Positions 30,275 through 40,740 of a DNA stretch of 64,000 nt are shown piece by piece. Origin of the DNA: Eubacteriales bacterium (GTDB taxonomy: Bacteria > Bacillota > Clostridia > Oscillospirales > CAG-272); NCBI GenBank assembly GCA_045543955.1, contig JAZPYB010000028.1:46172-110171 (forward strand). The letters run 5' to 3'. The position numbers and the translations under genes are program-made. The stretch's first letter is position 1. Each line of letters opens with the position of its first letter. A model generated the notes under the pieces. The model was not told the origin of the DNA, did no database searches, and saw nothing but the letters and a program-made list of their open reading frames with translations.

Positions 30275-32641
30275 TTATGCGCCGATATATTTCTTAATAT
30301 CAGAAACACCAGCGTATTTTGAAACATTTCCACCCTTTATAACAACGAGTGTTGGTGCGGTCTTAATGCCGATTTCTTCAACTAGCTCCTTGTTTTCGTT
30401 AGCGAGAAGCTTGTTGTAAGCAACGCCAGCCTTGTCAAGGAGTGAGCAAGCTATTTTGCAGTTAGGGCAAGTAGCAGTTGTGAAGAGGTAAACGCCATCA
30501 TTGGCGCTTGATTTGCATTCACAAGCCTCAGCCTTAGTAGCAACCTTCTCAGCCTTGTTTAATTTTGAGTTTTCAATATTGTAAACAAGTCTATCCTTGT
30601 ATTCTTGTGCCTTACCATCGTTCCAGTTTTGAACAGGACGGTAGTAACCAGTAATACGGCTGTAAACCTCTGTTCTTGACTTACATTCTGGGCAATTGTA
30701 GTGTTCGCCTGCGATGTAGCCGTGATTCTTACATACAGAGTATGTTGGGGACATTGTGTAGTAAGGTAGGCGATAGTTTTCTGCAATCTTACGAACAAGG
30801 TTAGCAGCAGCCTTCCAGTTAGGAAGCTTTTCACCTAGGAATGCGTGGAATACAGTACCAGAGGTGTAAAGTGTTTGAAGCTCATCTTGAATATCAAGAG
30901 CTGTAAAGATGTCCTCTGTGTAGCCAACAGGCAAGTGTGAGGAGTTGGTGTAGTAAGGAGTATCGTCATCTGTCTTTGCAGCTGTAATGATGTCAGGGAA
31001 GTGCTTCTTGTCGTGCTTAGCAAGACGGAATGATGTTGACTCAGCAGGAGTAGCCTCAAGGTTGTAAAGGTCGCCGTACTTCTCTTGGTAGTCGGAGAGC
31101 TTTTCTCTCATATGGTTGAGAACCTCTTTTGTAAACTCTTGAGCCTTTTCTTGTGTCAAGTTTTCCTTAATCCATTTAGCGTTGAGACAAGCCTCATTCA
31201 TACCAACAAGACCAATAGTGGAGAAGTGGTTAGCAAATGTGCCGAGGTATCTCTTTGTGTATGGGTAAAGACCATTTTCAAGAAGTCTTGTAATAACTGT
31301 ACGCTTAACCTTTAGAGAACGAGCAGAAATGTCCATAAGTCTGTCAAGACGAGCATAGAAGTCTTCAGCATCAGTTGCAAGGTAAGCAATTCTTGGCATG
31401 TTAATAGTAACAACACCAACTGAACCTGTGGACTCACCACTACCGAAGAAGCCACCGGATTTCTTACGGAGCTCACGGAGGTCGAGACGGAGACGACAGC
31501 ACATTGAACGAACATCGCTTGGCTCCATATCGCTGTTGATGTAGTTAGAGAAGTAAGGTGTACCATACTTAGCTGTCATTTCAAAGAGAAGCTTGTTGTT
31601 CTCGGTTTCGGACCAGTCAAAATCTCTTGTGATTGAGTAGGTTGGGATTGGGTATTGGAAGCCACGGCCGTTAGCATCACCCTCGATCATAATCTCGATG
31701 AATGCCTTGTTAACCATGTCCATTTCCTTCTTACAATCCTTGTACTTGAAGTCAACCTCCTTGCCACCGATGATACAGTTGAGCTCGGCTAGGTCAGCTG
31801 GAACTGTCCAGTCAAGAGTAATGTTAGAGAATGGAGCTTGAGTACCCCAACGAGAAGGTGTGTTAACACCGTAAACGAAGGATTGAATGCATTGCTTAAC
31901 TTCTTTGTATGAAAGGTTATCAATCTTTACGAAAGGAGCAAGATATGTGTCAAATGAGGAGAATGCTTGAGCGCCTGCCCACTCATTTTGCATAATACCA
32001 AGGAAGTTAACCATTTGGTTGCAAAGAGTAGAAAGGTGTGAGGCTGGAGCTGATGTGATTTTACCAGTAACACCGCCAAGACCCTCTTGAATGAGTTGCT
32101 TTAGTGACCAACCAGCACAGTAGCCTGTGAGCATTGAAAGGTCGTGAATATGAATATCTGCATTGCGGTGAGCATTTCCGATTTCATCATCGTAAATCTC
32201 AGATAGCCAATAGTTAGCAGTAACCGCGCCGGAGTTTGAAAGGATAAGACCACCAACTGAGTAAGTAACAGTTGAGTTTTCCTTAACTCTCCAGTCGTTA
32301 ATGTTTAGATAGTTGTCAATGATTGCCTTGTAGTCAACCATTGTTGCATTGATGTTACGAATCTTTTCTCTTTGGCGACGATAGATGATGTATGCCTTTG
32401 CAACATCGTCGTATCCTGCCTTGATAAGAACAGACTCAACAGAGTCCTGAATGTTCTCAACTGAGATTTTTCCATTTTCTATCTTTGGTTCGAACTCGGC
32501 AGTAACCTTTAAAGCCAAGAAATCGATAACGTCTTGATTGAATTGCTTTTGACACGCGTCAAATGCTTGTGTAATTGCTTCGCTGATTTTCTTAATATTA
32601 AAATCAACTATTTTGCCATCACGTTTAACTACATTGTACAT
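30275..32641 (-). CDS. nrdD: class III ribonucleoside-triphosphate reductase with ATP cone and C-terminal glutaredoxin-like domain
   Basis: VVKRDG ATP cone, RSMCCRL, SRITGYY glycyl-radical loop, C-terminal TCPNC. Confidence 0.95.
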   Translation of the reverse strand: MYNVVKRDGKIVDFNIKKISEAITQAFDACQKQFNQDVIDFLALKVTAEFEPKIENGKISVENIQDSVESVLIKAGYDDVAKAYIIYRRQREKIRNINATMVDYKAIIDNYLNINDWRVKENSTVTYSVGGLILSNSGAVTANYWLSEIYDDEIGNAHRNADIHIHDLSMLTGYCAGWSLKQLIQEGLGGVTGKITSAPASHLSTLCNQMVNFLGIMQNEWAGAQAFSSFDTYLAPFVKIDNLSYKEVKQCIQSFVYGVNTPSRWGTQAPFSNITLDWTVPADLAELNCIIGGKEVDFKYKDCKKEMDMVNKAFIEIMIEGDANGRGFQYPIPTYSITRDFDWSETENNKLLFEMTAKYGTPYFSNYINSDMEPSDVRSMCCRLRLDLRELRKKSGGFFGSGESTGSVGVVTINMPRIAYLATDAEDFYARLDRLMDISARSLKVKRTVITRLLENGLYPYTKRYLGTFANHFSTIGLVGMNEACLNAKWIKENLTQEKAQEFTKEVLNHMREKLSDYQEKYGDLYNLEATPAESTSFRLAKHDKKHFPDIITAAKTDDDTPYYTNSSHLPVGYTEDIFTALDIQDELQTLYTSGTVFHAFLGEKLPNWKAAANLVRKIAENYRLPYYTMSPTYSVCKNHGYIAGEHYNCPECKSRTEVYSRITGYYRPVQNWNDGKAQEYKDRLVYNIENSKLNKAEKVATKAEACECKSSANDGVYLFTTATCPNCKIACSLLDKAGVAYNKLLANENKELVEEIGIKTAPTLVVIKGGNVSKYAGVSDIKKYIGA

Positions 32642-32837
32642 AATTTTTCTCCTTCTTTTTCTCTTATTTTTATTTTTTCGCTAAAACTATATATTGATTT
32701 TGCCCAACTTTTGGTTACCCTATTTATTGGCGCAAAAAAACACCAAGATTTTTCAAATGTCCCTAAAGCCTTGCACCATAGGCATTTAAGCCCATAAAAG
32801 ACAAAATGTGACATAATTTTTTCCGGTGTCGAAAACA

Positions 32838-32891
32838 ATTATATCACATATCTTGTGTTATGTCAATAGGTTTTTAAACAATATCTTGTGT
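32838..32891 (-). promoter_or_regulatory. nrdD promoter overlapped by tandem NrdR boxes
   Basis: TTGACA-N17-TATAAT (32866-32838); boxes atcacatatcttgtgt (32843-32858) and aaacaatatcttgtgt (32876-32891). Confidence 0.85.
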
Positions 32892-32897
32892 TTTTTA

Positions 32898-33590
32898 CTA
32901 AATTCCGCGAATTTCGGTATTTGGCACAAATTCCTTTGCCAAAAGAGCCATTTTTTTCATATTTTCGGGTAAAACTGCACAAAGACCATTTGAAATTAAA
33001 TCACCTGAGTCAACAAAGCTCTGCAAAAAGTACCTAGGTGCACCTTTTATAGTTTTAGCTATCTCCACTATATCTTGTGTTTCGTGTATTTTATCAACAA
33101 CAGTTGTTCTGAACTCGAAATCAACCTTGCCAGATAGCAAAAACTCAACAGTTTTTTTAAAAGGGGCAAGGTCTAAATTTTCAATTCCGGTGGTTAGCGG
33201 GTACTTATCATATGTGTTTTTGAAATCGACTGCTACATAGTCAATTAATCCTTTTTCTACAAGGAAAATCAGTTTGTCCGGGAAAAAACCATTAGTGTCA
33301 AGCTTGACGGAATAACCGAGCGATTTGACATCCTTTATAAAATCTTCAATATGAGGCTGCAAAAGAGGCTCGCCCCCCGTGATGCAAACACCCTCTAAGA
33401 TGCCTACGCGTTTCTCAAGATATGAGAGAATTTCTTCCTTTATATATATATTTGAGTTGTCTATATGTGTAACTAAGCTGGCATTGTGACAAAACGGGCA
33501 ACGCAAATTACATCCAGAGGTAAATAATGTGCATGCAACCTTGCCAGGGTAGTCGAGTAAGGTTAGCTTTTGAAATCCTGAAAAGTTCAT
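32898..33590 (-). CDS. nrdG: anaerobic RNR activating enzyme (radical SAM)
   Basis: CNLRCPFC, TGGEP, LDTNG, EFRTT; adjacent to nrdD. Confidence 0.93.
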   Translation of the reverse strand: MNFSGFQKLTLLDYPGKVACTLFTSGCNLRCPFCHNASLVTHIDNSNIYIKEEILSYLEKRVGILEGVCITGGEPLLQPHIEDFIKDVKSLGYSVKLDTNGFFPDKLIFLVEKGLIDYVAVDFKNTYDKYPLTTGIENLDLAPFKKTVEFLLSGKVDFEFRTTVVDKIHETQDIVEIAKTIKGAPRYFLQSFVDSGDLISNGLCAVLPENMKKMALLAKEFVPNTEIRGI

Positions 33591-33676
33591 AGAATCCTCC
33601 TAAATGGTGTAATATAATTATATCATTTTTAAATAGAAAAAGCAAGGAGCTGTTAAAAACAACTCCTTGAAATTTA

Positions 33677-35641
33677 TTATTTCTCAATTACAAATACCGG
33701 CTTTTCAGAAGAACAGAATGTAACGAAGCCATCTTTATTCTTCAAATCACTGCGCTTACCCTTGTAGTATTCAAACTCAAGCTCAGCAAGAGCAAATTCT
33801 CCCTCGCCAACATTGAGCTTAAATCTTTTAACCTTTGTTGAGTTGGAGGTTGGGCACCAAACAGCATATCTAGCCTTGCCCTCTGCGGTTTCATACTTGA
33901 ACACCTTAACCTTTGGATTGCCTGAATCAATCTCGGCAACAAAGCGAGTATCCTTTAAGATTTCCTTCAATGTATAGATATAATAGAAGGAATCCTTCTT
34001 GTTACCTTGAATTACGTTTGTTGGGTCAATCTCGATAGGATGACGAACTAAGCCTGATGAGCCGTATTTACCAACAGCTGTTTCCTCAGGACCACAGTCA
34101 CGAGACATATACATAGCCGCACGCTCAACGCCGATAGAGGAGAGAAGCAAGTACTCACGAACAAGCCACATACCTTGAACTTGGCGTCCTGTATATTCGC
34201 CGTATGCGTGAGCAGATGTTGAGGTTTCGTAGGATTGGTTTGTGTCCCAACCGAATTCAGTTAGCCAAATCTCCATATCTGGATAGTATCTATCACGCCA
34301 GTCCATAATAGTGCTGAATGCGCCGATAATATCGCCTTCCTCAGGAGAAATACCAACGTAAACCATTTGGCTCTTGTCGCCTCTGTCATCAATGTTTACG
34401 TCAACATTTTTTGTTTTACCTGTCTTTAGGTTAGTACGCTTGCCACAGTATCTGTGAGCATTTATAACATCGAATGGCAATTTTTTGTCCTTACGGTTAT
34501 ATTCGCACCAGAACTGCATTGCCTTTAGTCTGCCAAGATGAAGTCCTGCACCACCAGACATAGACATAATGAAGTTAGGGTCGGCCTGCTTAACACCTAC
34601 ATTTTTATACATACCCTCGTGTCCGTCGTAGCACATACTTAAAAATGCCGCCATTTCAAATGGTGTGAAGTATGGCTCACGACCGAGCCAAGTTCCGTCA
34701 GGCTCGTTGAGTGGCTCAACTGCTGTCATATAACCAAGACCTATTTTCTTTTCTTGACCGGGACCAACCTTGATCAGCTCTGGATCAATATCCTTGTTGT
34801 GTCCGTAGCGAGCAACAAATTGGAAAAGCATAGCTGCATATGACATATAGTTTTTAGGGTCGCATGAATCACATGTGTTGTCCTTAGGAGTTCTTTTGTG
34901 GTGAGTAGAAATAGTCGTAGCAACATCAATTCCATGGCTATGCATTCTTGCATAGTACTCGTCGAAATACCAAGGACCCGCAAAGCTAGGATTCATAGAA
35001 ATAGTAGTGTTTTCAAGGTCGGGAGTACAGCTCCATAGCCAAGGATGGTATTCGCGAATGTATGTACAAGCACGAGCAATATCGTCACCATCGTTGACAA
35101 AGCCGTTCATACCAACAAACTTTGATAGGTCGCTCCATTTGTGTTCTTTTCTTGGTGGAGGTGTTAGGTCTATGTCCTCAACCTTATAACCATAAATCAA
35201 AATCTCGCTTGGAGCTTGATTGTTATTAAATGAGAAGTTTATATAACGAGTCTTGAAGCTTGTTTCAAAGCCGGTCCATTTTCTAACCTCAGGGGCGAGC
35301 TCTTCATCGTATTCCCAGCTAAATGGAGTGCCCATTTTAACTCTAACCTTACGAACACCATAGTCATGTTTGTCCTGCTCAGGCTTGTATTCGTCGTAGT
35401 CATTATAAATGTACATATTGGTAATTTGATAAATACCGTCAAGCTCTACTGTAAACTTGAGGTCTGTTTGACCAATCCACCAGTGGTCGTGTCTTGGATG
35501 AACCTGTGGAATTGCACCCTCTACACCATATAGTGGGTCACCATCGTTATCAAATTCGCAGAAAAAGTTCTCGACCTTTTCAATACCCATATCGTTAATA
35601 ATCATTTCTGGTGTAACTTTGATTTTCTGTGTTTTGTTCAT
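33677..35641 (-). CDS. clan GH-A-like glycoside hydrolase, no signal peptide
   Basis: NEP acid/base (PLNEPD) and WLTEFGW nucleophile motifs; AAGGAG RBS before ATG 35641. Confidence 0.7.
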   Translation of the reverse strand: MNKTQKIKVTPEMIINDMGIEKVENFFCEFDNDGDPLYGVEGAIPQVHPRHDHWWIGQTDLKFTVELDGIYQITNMYIYNDYDEYKPEQDKHDYGVRKVRVKMGTPFSWEYDEELAPEVRKWTGFETSFKTRYINFSFNNNQAPSEILIYGYKVEDIDLTPPPRKEHKWSDLSKFVGMNGFVNDGDDIARACTYIREYHPWLWSCTPDLENTTISMNPSFAGPWYFDEYYARMHSHGIDVATTISTHHKRTPKDNTCDSCDPKNYMSYAAMLFQFVARYGHNKDIDPELIKVGPGQEKKIGLGYMTAVEPLNEPDGTWLGREPYFTPFEMAAFLSMCYDGHEGMYKNVGVKQADPNFIMSMSGGAGLHLGRLKAMQFWCEYNRKDKKLPFDVINAHRYCGKRTNLKTGKTKNVDVNIDDRGDKSQMVYVGISPEEGDIIGAFSTIMDWRDRYYPDMEIWLTEFGWDTNQSYETSTSAHAYGEYTGRQVQGMWLVREYLLLSSIGVERAAMYMSRDCGPEETAVGKYGSSGLVRHPIEIDPTNVIQGNKKDSFYYIYTLKEILKDTRFVAEIDSGNPKVKVFKYETAEGKARYAVWCPTSNSTKVKRFKLNVGEGEFALAELEFEYYKGKRSDLKNKDGFVTFCSSEKPVFVIEK

Positions 35642-35815
35642 TTTCTTTCTCCTTGTGGCATACGCGAACAAAATCGCAAAATTGATTTTGTGCAACTTAC
35701 ATAATAAAACGGTAAAAATTGCACTATCAATAGTATAATATAAATGAAATAAAAAGTCAATCAAATATCGGAAATTATTAATAAAAATAAGCATTAAAAT
35801 GAATTTAGACAAATA

Positions 35816-35844
35816 TTGACAATTGAAGGTGGAAAATGTATAAT
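35816..35844 (+). promoter_or_regulatory. sigma-A promoter of the GT2 gene
   Basis: TTGACA-N17-TATAAT. Confidence 0.7.
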
Positions 35845-35881
35845 ATATAGAGAATTGAAGAATTAGAAAAGGAAAGAAAGA

Positions 35882-37117
35882 ATGAAATTAAGTATAATAA
35901 TTTGTCTATATAACACGGATAAGATATATTTTGAAGATTGCTTGAAATCAATAAGAAACAGCACTCTAAAAAAGGAAGAATATGAGATAGTTGTAATTGA
36001 TGATGGTTCTAATGAAAATTATGATGAAATTATAAAAAAGTATGACCCTGTGTACGTAAAAACAGAAAACAGAGGCCAAATGGCAGCAAGATTTTTAGGC
36101 GTTTTGATAGCAAATGGAGAATATATCGCTTTTTGTGATGCGGACGATATGGTTACATTTAATTACCACTCCCCAATGCTTAAAAAAGCGCAAAATTCGG
36201 GCGCTGATATTGTAATAAACGACTGGGCATTCAAAACCGAGCGTACAAGATTTGTTTGTGGCGATGATTTGACAATTAAAGGCGACCTTCAATATGAAAA
36301 TGATGATGTGCTAAGCTTCTTCACCTCTGGCGAGGGCAAAATGCACTCTTATTATGTTCTTTGGAACAAGCTATATAAAAAATCGCTCCTTCTAGAAGCA
36401 AAAAAAGAGCTTGAAAAGACAGAGGCGTTTGACAAAAAATACACCTTTTCTGAGGACACACTTTACAACTTTTTCATAATGAAAAATGCAAAAAAACTTG
36501 TAAATACACACACAGGGTACTATTTTTATCGTATTCATGCTAATCAAAGCGTAGTAACGGCAGGAAGGGAAGGGCTAAAAAAAGAAATTGATGCAATGAC
36601 CCTAACCATAGACACAATGCTTGCTAATTTGCCGTCAAATTCATATGCACAAAAAATGCAAAACGAAATCAAAAGCTGGTCAGAGCTTATGGCAAGAAAG
36701 CATTTTTCTTATGCAAAAGCAAACAAGCTAATTGATATGTATGAATATATAAAGGAAAAGTATCATATTGATAAGCTATCTGTTTCTCGCGCAAAGGATT
36801 CATATGCATATTTGATAACTGAGCTTTTGGGCGACAACTTTGACACAATAGAAAGAGAGCTGTATAAATTCTATCGAACAGACGATGTCAAGCTGATTTA
36901 TAACAAAAAAGACCCGTATGTTAATTTTTCAATCAAGTATTTAATCGACAACGAGGGTAAGAAAATCAACGCGTCTTCTAACAAATTAATTATGATTCCA
37001 AAAAGAGAAATCAAGCTTTCTCACAAAATAATTTATAATAAATGTATTTATAAACTAGGCTTGAAGTTGTTTAAAAAAGGCTCAAAAATGCGTGCTTTTT
37101 TGAAAAAGAGTATCTAA
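35882..37117 (+). CDS. glycosyltransferase family 2
   Basis: SIII..YN, IDDGS, FCDADD, WNKLY, SED. Confidence 0.9.
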   Translation: MKLSIIICLYNTDKIYFEDCLKSIRNSTLKKEEYEIVVIDDGSNENYDEIIKKYDPVYVKTENRGQMAARFLGVLIANGEYIAFCDADDMVTFNYHSPMLKKAQNSGADIVINDWAFKTERTRFVCGDDLTIKGDLQYENDDVLSFFTSGEGKMHSYYVLWNKLYKKSLLLEAKKELEKTEAFDKKYTFSEDTLYNFFIMKNAKKLVNTHTGYYFYRIHANQSVVTAGREGLKKEIDAMTLTIDTMLANLPSNSYAQKMQNEIKSWSELMARKHFSYAKANKLIDMYEYIKEKYHIDKLSVSRAKDSYAYLITELLGDNFDTIERELYKFYRTDDVKLIYNKKDPYVNFSIKYLIDNEGKKINASSNKLIMIPKREIKLSHKIIYNKCIYKLGLKLFKKGSKMRAFLKKSI

Positions 37118-37261
37118 TTTAGGAAAAAAGCCCTCTCACTGCTTGGGAGGGCATTTTGTTAATTTTTAATGAACACAAATCGAAAAACATTAAAAATCCA
37201 CCACAGGGTCGCTCTTTTTGGAAAGAAAAACAACTAAAAATAGCTATTGACAAGCCTTCTA

Positions 37262-37290
37262 TTGACAAAAAGTGTCACGTGTGTTATAAT
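37262..37290 (+). promoter_or_regulatory. sigma-A promoter of the redoxin lipoprotein
   Basis: TTGACA-N17-TATAAT with TGn; preceded by a ctattgacaa direct repeat (37244, 37259). Confidence 0.75.
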
Positions 37291-37334
37291 ATCAAAGACT
37301 TAAAGGTTAATTTTATAATAATAAGGAGTTAATT

Positions 37335-40300
37335 ATGCAAAGAACAAGAAAATTGCTTTTGCTGGCGTTGGTTTTCATTGTGCTTATCTCTTGCATCGTT
37401 TTGAATGCTTGTGCTAAGGACCATATTGATACTGACACAGATTCAAGCAGCGATTCTGCTTCTGACACAGGTGCTACAGATACTAGCACAAACAGTTCGA
37501 CCGACAAGGATTCAAATGACGATATAGTTCAAGAGGGCGAGACAAACTACACAATTACCGTAAAGACCAAGGGCAATATGCCTCTTGAGGGAATTAAGGT
37601 TTATGTTCTTGACTCGAATGGAAACTTCTCACTTGACAGAATGGGTACAACAGATAATAAAGGAACGATTTCTTTCGTTATCCCGACAGATGAGTATACT
37701 ATTTCACTTGAGGGCGTTCCTTCTGGCTACAAGGTTGAAAAGGAATATCCAATGGACGAAGAGGGAGCAGACATTGTTCTCGAGTCCGAGCTTAGAACCG
37801 GCGACCCATCAAGCGCAAAATACCAGCTTGGTGACATCATTCACGATTATTCAATCACAGTAGATGGCGTTACATATAAGTTTTCCGATATTTTAAAGGA
37901 AAAGGATGCAATTGTTCTTAACTTCTGGTTTACAACCTGCTCTTACTGTATTGAGGAGTTCCCTGATATGGATGCTTCTTATGCAAAATATAGCGACAGA
38001 GTGGCACTTTTTGCATTAAACGGTAAGCTCGGTGGAGATTCTCCTGCTGATGTTAAGAGCTTCAAAAATAAATTCTACTTCAGCTATGCAGATTACAGCG
38101 CTATTGCTAATGCGCTAAAGGCTTCTTCTGATGAAACAGTAGTTACTCTTGGTAACGCACTTGCAAGCAAATCCTTTGATTTAGCAAAAATTAACACAGC
38201 GATAGATGGTATGCTTTCAGCTGTTAAGGGTGCATCAGATGCTTCCGCTGCTGCAAAATCACTTTCAAGCACGATTGAATCTGCTATTGGCGAGCTAGAG
38301 GATTCTAAAATGAGAGTTGCTCTTGCAAACTTTGCAACTGCACTTAAGGACGCAACAGGCACAAGCCTTGAGGCTGCTTTTGAAACTGCAAAGAGCGAGA
38401 TTGCCGGTGCATATTCACTCAGCCTTCCTATGGCTAAGGATGAAAATGATATTGAGGGCAAATTCGGTATTACAGGTAACCCTGTAACAATAGTTATCGA
38501 CCGCTATGGTATGATTTCATTTATGCATACAGGAGCAGTTCCTAACGAAAAATATTTCGATATGTTGTTTGAATACTATATTGTTAGCGATGAGGCTTAT
38601 GTTCAAAGAACATTTAGTGGTATAACAGAATTAACTCCTACTGATAAACCAACTGAAGAAATGCCAAGCCAAGAGGCTCTTGCAGGCGTTCTTAATAATG
38701 GCACAATAAATGTTACATATGAGCCGGAAATTGAATCTGGCGATGCTGAATATTCTTGGCCATTTGTAATAACTAAAAAAGGCGAATTCAACTGCATTAA
38801 GCCTTCTAACTACGACAAGGATACATCATTCGCTACCCTTCACGCAAAGGTTGCCTTAAAGGCTGGCGAAGCATTTATGTTTGACTATTTTTCATCTACC
38901 GAGCAAGGCTATGACATCCTTTATGTGTTAGTAGATGGAAAGGATATTTACACAATCTCAGGCGAGAGCGATGATTGGAGTGGATGCTGTCCATGGGTTG
39001 CTACTAAGGATGGCACATATGATATCGCATTTGTTTATAATAAAAACTATGCAGATAAGAAGGGTGATGACGCAGTTTACCTCAAAAACTTCCGCGTTGT
39101 AAATTCAGCAAGCGTTAATGTTGAAACATATATTCCACGTGATGCAGTATCTGATTTGACAGATGACCTTTCTGATTACGAAAATTACGTAACAGCAGTT
39201 CTTGGTGACGATGGCTACTACCACGTTGGTACAAAGACAGGCCCACTTCTTTTGGCAAGTCTTATCAATTACACAAACTTCTCAGACAAAATTTCACTTA
39301 CACTTTCAATCTCAGACTCAAAAGAGCTTATGGTTGACGGCGTAAACTGTTATGATGATTTAATTCAATATTGTAACTACGCATCTAACTCACAAATTTA
39401 TTCATACTGTCCTGTTACACCAACCCTTCAAAAGTACCTTGCTGCCTTTGTAAAGAAGGAAACAGGTATAGGCGAGGACAATCCTAATCAATGGCTAACA
39501 CTTTGCTATTACTATGATGCTTATGGAACAAACGGCAAACAACTTGAAAATCCAATTAAAGGTCTTGCTACATTTAGTGCTTATGATGTAAAAGAGGATG
39601 CACCAAATGTTGTAGAATACAATAGAGTTATTATGCCAAGAGGCTTGCTCTACAAGTTTGTTCCTACAAAAACTGGTGTTTATAGATTTACAACAAAGAG
39701 CGAATACGAGGTTAACGGCTGGGTATTCGTTGGCGACCACGATACATGGGTTAAAAACGGCGACAGAATAGAGTATACAAACTCCGACCTTGGCGAACGC
39801 TTCTGTACAGAGCTTCTCGTTGACCCTGACGGAGACGGCAAGAACTTTGAAAGAGACTTCACAAACGCATCAATGGTTGCTTATATGGAGGCAGGCAAGG
39901 AATATTTTATTAACTTTGCTTACTATGACCAGTATCAATATGGTAAGTTCACATTTGACGTTAAATTCTTAGGCGACGCATTTAACTACTTCATTGTTGC
40001 ATCTCCAGGTCCATTCACATATGAAGAGGGCGTTGGTGGTGTACAAGGCGATACAATCGCCGGTGGTATCAATGTTGAACTCGGCGAAGATGGATATTAC
40101 TACCACAAGCGTGAGGACGGCACACTTGGTTCACGTCTATACGCAGATTTCCATCAATACACAAACATCTTCACAACTCGTTCAATTGAAAACTTAATAA
40201 ATGCTGGCGCATTTAATTTCGCAATTACAGAGGTTGACCAAGAGGCTATTGCATATCTAAGCGCTTATGGCGAGGATGGACTTAAAACTCTTTGGGGCGA

Positions 40301-40688
40301 CACCTTTGAAGAAAACTGGGAGTATTACCAAATGGACGATATCATGGAAGGTAAATACCACGGTTACATTGTTGACGGCAAATTAAAGGCTTATGGCTAT
40401 GAATATGTTATAGTTGACGAGGAAACTCTTGAAACTGAAGCTGTTCTTCAAACCCCACCAAAGGGTGCGGTACAAGCCTCCGACTATACTGAGGCAATTA
40501 AAAAATACCTACCTCTTATGCTTGACGAGGAGACAAACCCAGAAAGACAAGGCTGTGTTGCAGTAGATGAAGAATTAGCAAAAATTCTACAATTCCTCAT
40601 GGACAAATTTACATTTGAGGGCGTTGAGCATTCTTGGACAAAGCTTTGCTACTATTACGAATATCTCGGTTCTGAAGTTACCGAATAA
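37335..40688 (+). CDS. large lipoprotein with TlpA-like redoxin domain and uncharacterised repeated domains
   Basis: Lipobox LNAC, D/T/S linker, LNFWFTTCSYC..EFP, P.TIVIDRYG. Confidence 0.85.
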   Translation: MQRTRKLLLLALVFIVLISCIVLNACAKDHIDTDTDSSSDSASDTGATDTSTNSSTDKDSNDDIVQEGETNYTITVKTKGNMPLEGIKVYVLDSNGNFSLDRMGTTDNKGTISFVIPTDEYTISLEGVPSGYKVEKEYPMDEEGADIVLESELRTGDPSSAKYQLGDIIHDYSITVDGVTYKFSDILKEKDAIVLNFWFTTCSYCIEEFPDMDASYAKYSDRVALFALNGKLGGDSPADVKSFKNKFYFSYADYSAIANALKASSDETVVTLGNALASKSFDLAKINTAIDGMLSAVKGASDASAAAKSLSSTIESAIGELEDSKMRVALANFATALKDATGTSLEAAFETAKSEIAGAYSLSLPMAKDENDIEGKFGITGNPVTIVIDRYGMISFMHTGAVPNEKYFDMLFEYYIVSDEAYVQRTFSGITELTPTDKPTEEMPSQEALAGVLNNGTINVTYEPEIESGDAEYSWPFVITKKGEFNCIKPSNYDKDTSFATLHAKVALKAGEAFMFDYFSSTEQGYDILYVLVDGKDIYTISGESDDWSGCCPWVATKDGTYDIAFVYNKNYADKKGDDAVYLKNFRVVNSASVNVETYIPRDAVSDLTDDLSDYENYVTAVLGDDGYYHVGTKTGPLLLASLINYTNFSDKISLTLSISDSKELMVDGVNCYDDLIQYCNYASNSQIYSYCPVTPTLQKYLAAFVKKETGIGEDNPNQWLTLCYYYDAYGTNGKQLENPIKGLATFSAYDVKEDAPNVVEYNRVIMPRGLLYKFVPTKTGVYRFTTKSEYEVNGWVFVGDHDTWVKNGDRIEYTNSDLGERFCTELLVDPDGDGKNFERDFTNASMVAYMEAGKEYFINFAYYDQYQYGKFTFDVKFLGDAFNYFIVASPGPFTYEEGVGGVQGDTIAGGINVELGEDGYYYHKREDGTLGSRLYADFHQYTNIFTTRSIENLINAGAFNFAITEVDQEAIAYLSAYGEDGLKTLWGDTFEENWEYYQMDDIMEGKYHGYIVDGKLKAYGYEYVIVDEETLETEAVLQTPPKGAVQASDYTEAIKKYLPLMLDEETNPERQGCVAVDEELAKILQFLMDKFTFEGVEHSWTKLCYYYEYLGSEVTE

Positions 40689-40692
40689 TTTG

Positions 40693-40725
40693 AATTAGGC
40701 GGTTACCCATACCGCCTAATTTCTT
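40693..40725 (+). terminator. intrinsic terminator
   Basis: aattaggcggt...accgcctaatt followed by T-rich tract. Confidence 0.7.
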
Positions 40726-40740
40726 TAATATGGAGAAAAT

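Noticed and set aside
37192-37230. c-di-GMP-I riboswitch (CACAGGG resemblance)
   Set aside because: Lacks the GCAAA...GNRA...GACGC core and second stem, and lies upstream of the predicted promoter
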